From assembly GCF_000143415.4 (NCBI RefSeq), contig NW_003314284.1, positions 726,693 to 790,692 on the forward strand: a stretch of DNA of 64,000 bases, given 5' to 3'. Made by a program: the position numbers and the translations under genes. Positions within the stretch are counted from its first letter, which is position 1, and each line of letters opens with the position of its first letter. This DNA is from Selaginella moellendorffii. Its lineage: Eukaryota; Plantae; Lycopodiophyta. Below are positions 59,623 to 64,000 of this stretch, piece by piece. The notes under the pieces were generated by a model, which worked only from the letters and a program-made list of their open reading frames with translations, searched no databases and had not been told where the DNA came from.

Positions 59623-60504
59623 TTATTTTATACATCCAATATGAGAATAAGTTTTAGTTTCCCATAAAACAATTTCATTTAAAGCTGAGGTTATACTATA
59701 TTGTACTAAATTACAATCATTTTGTAATTTAATATAAGTAAATAAATAACAATATGGTTCTCTTAAACAAAATAAATCAATAGCCCATATTACTTTATTT
59801 TTATGAGTGTATAAAACAAGATTTCCATCTAGTTGAAGCTTGAGATAGCATAAACTATAATATTCATTATCATTATTTGATCTCCACAATAGATTTTTCT
59901 CAGAATAAAGAGAGATTTTACAATTTGATTCTAACAATAAAATGTTTTTTCCATTTTGAGATTTTAAAAATTGATCTGTATAAATTATATTATTATCAAA
60001 AGCAGCATCTAAAGTAGATAAATCATTATTTTTATTGCAAGTACTTAAATATAATTGATTTCTTACAAAGATACTTTGAAGTATGTTAGAAACATTATTA
60101 TAGAAGGAAAAATAAGAATATTGAATTTGATAATTATCACTTGTAATTTGACATTTTGCTGAACGTGCTGCAATAATTTCATTTCGATATCTTCTTAATA
60201 ATCTATTAAAGTTTGTTCTTAAACTAATCCCTAAAACACTTTCAGAATTTTCACAATTTAATCTTTTTATTTCTAATATAGCAACTCCATATTCAATATC
60301 AAATGGTCTTTTCAAAGTAAAATCTGCAGGATACATAGAGTTATGTTTTCCACTAAGTATTTGTGATGTAAGCCTATCAAAATTATCAGCAATCATTGCA
60401 GATTCATTAGAATTTAAAGTGTTATTTGCACCCCAACTTACAGTTAGAGCTTCTATAAAACAATAAAAATTAAATATAAAAAATAAAAATAAATAAAAAT
60501 TCAT
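59623..60504 (-). CDS. Secreted protein with a C-terminal bulb-type (GNA/B-type) mannose-binding lectin domain
   Basis: 293-aa intact ORF with a hydrophobic N-terminus and QxDxNxVxY repeats QLDGNLVLY and QNDCNLVQY, plus LWRSN/VIWA/VLWET. Confidence 0.8.
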   Translation of the reverse strand: MNFYLFLFFIFNFYCFIEALTVSWGANNTLNSNESAMIADNFDRLTSQILSGKHNSMYPADFTLKRPFDIEYGVAILEIKRLNCENSESVLGISLRTNFNRLLRRYRNEIIAARSAKCQITSDNYQIQYSYFSFYNNVSNILQSIFVRNQLYLSTCNKNNDLSTLDAAFDNNIIYTDQFLKSQNGKNILLLESNCKISLYSEKNLLWRSNNDNEYYSLCYLKLQLDGNLVLYTHKNKVIWAIDLFCLREPYCYLFTYIKLQNDCNLVQYSITSALNEIVLWETKTYSHIGCIK

Positions 60505-61200
60505 TCCTCAGAAAATTCAACAAATAATTATATTTCATATAATAATTAGTGTACTAAAACAGATATTTTTATAGTTCTCTTTTATAGTTCTACTTTATTT
60601 TATTTTCTTTAGTTTAAAATAATTGTCAAGAATACATTTAAATTTAAAAGAAGGACTTTTATTTCAACAATAATATAATAAGACATAACATAGAGTTTCT
60701 TTGGAATACTAATTTATTTTTATTATTATTATAAAATATTATTAATTATTTTTTAAAAATTTCATGTGCTATTATGACTTTTCAACTAAACCCAATATTT
60801 CTCTCTCTCTCCCCTGGTTTCTTAGTCAGTCAAAGCTATGCCTCAAGAATATCCCAAATCAACCTAGATTTGACATATAAATAAATTAAGAGAGAGAAAT
60901 TTATAATTGAGTCATAGATAAATAGCATCAAGGTTGAATGATATTGAGTAATTGTTTTTAACCATACCTATACCTAAACTTGTTTGACACCCTCCCAATC
61001 CCAGAAATAGGCTGGATATGCAAGTGACTTTGCACGAACGTGGTATCTAAGCTGCAAATAAAGAATGCCCCTACTTGGATATGTCCAAACTGAAAGCTGA
61101 ATGCTTCAGGACTACTCCAAACCTGTTGAAGAAGTTGCCTACTCTTGGCTATGAATTGAATCACTTAATAACACTTAATTAGTAATATAAAATTATTATG

Positions 61201-62530
61201 TGTAGGTAATTAAATTTTTCACTTTACTTTAATCACTTAACCACATTTTTAACCATTTAGAAGAGTTTCACTTACAACCTTCATAGGTTTTTGGGTATTT
61301 GCTAAGTCCTTAGAGGTGAACTCAAAGTTACATCAATTTCACACTTGATCCAAGTGTTTCATATATCCAAGTCTCACCTCAAACACCCAAAAGTACCACT
61401 TACGTCCTAGCCTCTTATATTAAAACCATATTTATTCTTACTATTTTATTAGTAGTTCAATACCACATGTATTACGATCTCATCTCTCCAAGACTAAACC
61501 ATCTATCTATAGTGATCACCTTATAACCACTCATTAACATCTTTAAAATGCCTTAAGACATAAAGAAACACCATTCCCTAATATTCTTTTTTCAATCCCT
61601 AGTAAGTCCCTTTCTATTCATGGTGGTGTTTATTAACACCACCACTAGGTTAGGGCCTGATAGCCCATCCACTAAGTCCTCTTAACCTTTAGAACTTCCT
61701 CATTATATAACCATGCCTTTGGTTACTAAAAAAAAAATTATTCCTCTTTCCTTCCACCATTAAAGGCTTTAGGATGATATTTTAAAACAATGTAGCTTAA
61801 TGTGAATCTTGTGGGTACTTTCCCCACTTTCTGTTATAAGGGTGCCTTAGCCACATGGCTAAAGCAATGTTTCAATGAGTTATGCAAAGTATCCAAGTAA
61901 ATAATGCCACCCACACTTAGATTAAGAGGATTAATAATTTGATCTCTTGAAGAAGCTAGAATTGGCTCTTAAATATTTCACCAAATCACTTTATTTGTCC
62001 ATTCATATTCGCTCTAATATTAGACTCTCTAGTGTTTATATCATCACCCATTATGTAGGTTTAATTATTGTTAGTCACACTAGCTTTTCTTAGCTACATT
62101 AGTTCCTTTGAAGTCCTCCCCACTACTATCTCGTAAAGACTTACTAAACTTCGTAAGATTTAAAATACACTTTGGCATACTTGGTCTCGATCTTGGGCCT
62201 TAGCTTAGGTCCTTCTCTTGGACTTGATATTGGACTCGATCTCAGATGTGGCCTAAGACTTGGTCTTGGACTTAATATAAGATTTAATTTTGACATTTTT
62301 ACATGATATTTGTTAAGTGTTGGTCATTCTTTTGTCCTTTTCTAAAGACTCATTTATCAATTGCTTTATGCTCATTCCTCAAACACTTCTTTAAGAGTTT
62401 CACTCTTGTTTTCAACTTTCCGAGTTGGAATTTTGTCCAAATGTGTTATATTCATTAGACTTTCACTTTGACTACTGCTATATAGCATGCCTTTGGTTCC
62501 ATTTTGGGATTTAAGGATTTGTGTTTTATA
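61201..62530 (-). repeat. Old eroded LTR of the LARD family (3' LTR; PPT relic follows on the plus-strand right side)
   Basis: Starts TGTAGGTAATTAAATTTT..., ends ...GTGTTTTATA|ACTCTACCAC, collinear with 38101-39930. The tandem arrays are short. Confidence 0.78.
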
Positions 62531-62899
62531 ACTCTACCACTTATAAATGAAGTTTGATGTCCCCATAAACAAGGTTTAATATCCTCATCAAATGATATGG
62601 TGGGATGACAAATGTGGTCTACTTTATCAAATTAAACAACAAAAAGTCAAATAAGGTGCTTTTGATGTAGCAATCTTTTAGCAATGTTTTCAACTACTAT
62701 GTAAATGGAAAAAACACTGACACCATATTTAGAAGAACTTAGAGAATGTACAGCAACTTCAAACTTCACCTCATAAAACTTTCCAAATTTTCAAAAAGCC
62801 TGTAAAGCCTATCCTTCTCAACAGCACCAAAATTTGGGTGAACTTAGACATCTCTACATTTAACACATAGGAGACGCTACCACTTCCCAATCATAAGCT

Positions 62900-64000
62900 C
62901 CAATCCAATTTAATGAAGATGACATTCTTGTTGTGATTGATTGTTTTCACAAATGAAAATCCAAAATGCTTGGGGTTTCACAGCTGAATTGCTCCAAGCA
63001 TGTGACAAGAAGTTCCTGGCATGCATATTCCACCTAATTTTTTAACGAGCAGCAAATGAAGATTTCCCTCAAGGAATGGACTTTGAACCATGTGGTTCCC
63101 ATCTATAAATTTAGAGATCCTATGGTCCCAAAAAATTACTTAACCATTATGGTGAGCTCTATCTTCTTCAAGTTATTTGCAACTATTCAAAAGTATCACC
63201 TTGTCTCTTGGAGTGAGACTAACTCCAAACGAGCTGCTGGCCAAGTTTGCTTTCAAGATAAATATGGTTGTATAAATCATCTCATCATACAATGAACTGT
63301 GTATGAACAAATGATATGTGAGAAGAAGCAATTATTTTATTGCTTTGTGAACTTTTGTAAATCATTCGACAGTCCCATAAAAGGAACTTTTTCACTAACT
63401 CAAATGGCCTAAAAGGCATCACTATAATCATCAATATGTCCAAATTTGCTTGCGACCTTCTGCTGCATTATTGATTTATCTATGAACTTTACAAAAACAT
63501 AGATCATGGTATTTGGTCATCCACAACAAAGAAGTGACAGCAATGACCTCCATTACCAACACCACTTGCTGGTCAAGGTAGAAAACTACAAGTATCTTAG
63601 GTATATGGTCCACCACAAGAGGCCAAGACAACATAATACATCTAAGCAACCACAAGAGCATATTACTCACTCCAGAGTGATCTCAAGCAAGCTGATATTT
63701 TTTAATGGGATGCACATAGATAGTATTACCACACAAAGGTGATCACTATCCTCATATATGTTAAGGAGGTTTAGGGTCCTAGACTACTACGAATGATATG
63801 AAGACAAATGGAACAACTTAACCGTTGGTTCTTGAATATTGAATTTAACAAAGTAGCAATTGGGATCTTAATTATGAAATGTAGCTTGCTCCTTTTTGAA
63901 ATCCAAGTATGGAAAAAAATAATGCAATACGTCCAACCTCATATGCACTGCTCAAGATAAAATTGTCAAGTATGCTGTCTCAGATTCTATTAACCTTGCT
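62900..64000 (+). pseudogene. Decayed LINE (non-LTR) reverse transcriptase
   Basis: EWTLNHVVPIYK..DP..PKNY..IMVSS..FKLF...KRAAGQ..F...GCINHL..., YCFVNFCKSFDS; many stops. Confidence 0.75.

Overview
Eukaryotic, land-plant, transposon-dominated window. The tiny introns, Tat-type elements with aRH upstream of RT, and BSP and CYP72-clan genes suggest a lycophyte such as Selaginella; this is inference. (1) ~4.1-16.7 kb is a candidate large DNA transposon. It has a 995-aa DDD-type (Sola/DUF7869-like) transposase on + and a divergent multi-exon cargo gene on -, with a degenerate N4/N6-DNA-methyltransferase-like C-terminus, an acidic linker and an FCP1-like HAD phosphatase domain. This element and its inverted copy carry >25 copies of a 22-bp palindrome, ATGGCRTG-N6-CAYGCCAT, sitting in most introns. 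An inverted, internally deleted copy of the cargo arm lies at 1281-4032 across a scaffold gap. (2) Several copies of a non-coding, LARD-like LTR element with 1.8-kb microsatellite-bearing LTRs are present. One copy is intact (38101-45695, TSD AGTCT); the others are truncated or old. (3) A full-length Tat-like Ty3/gypsy element (17228-26648, -; gag-PR-aRH-RT-RH-INT, 4-bp TSD) is nested in a LARD copy and carries a foreign integrase fragment; two further decayed Tat copies occur. (4) The gene-containing end has a CYP72-clan P450 pseudogene interrupted by a Merlin/IS1595-like transposon with TIRs and an 8-bp TSD, an intact BSP/PR-17 gene, an extremely AT-rich intact bulb-type lectin ORF, an old LTR and a decayed LINE RT. 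All domain calls come from motif recognition by eye; no searches were run.
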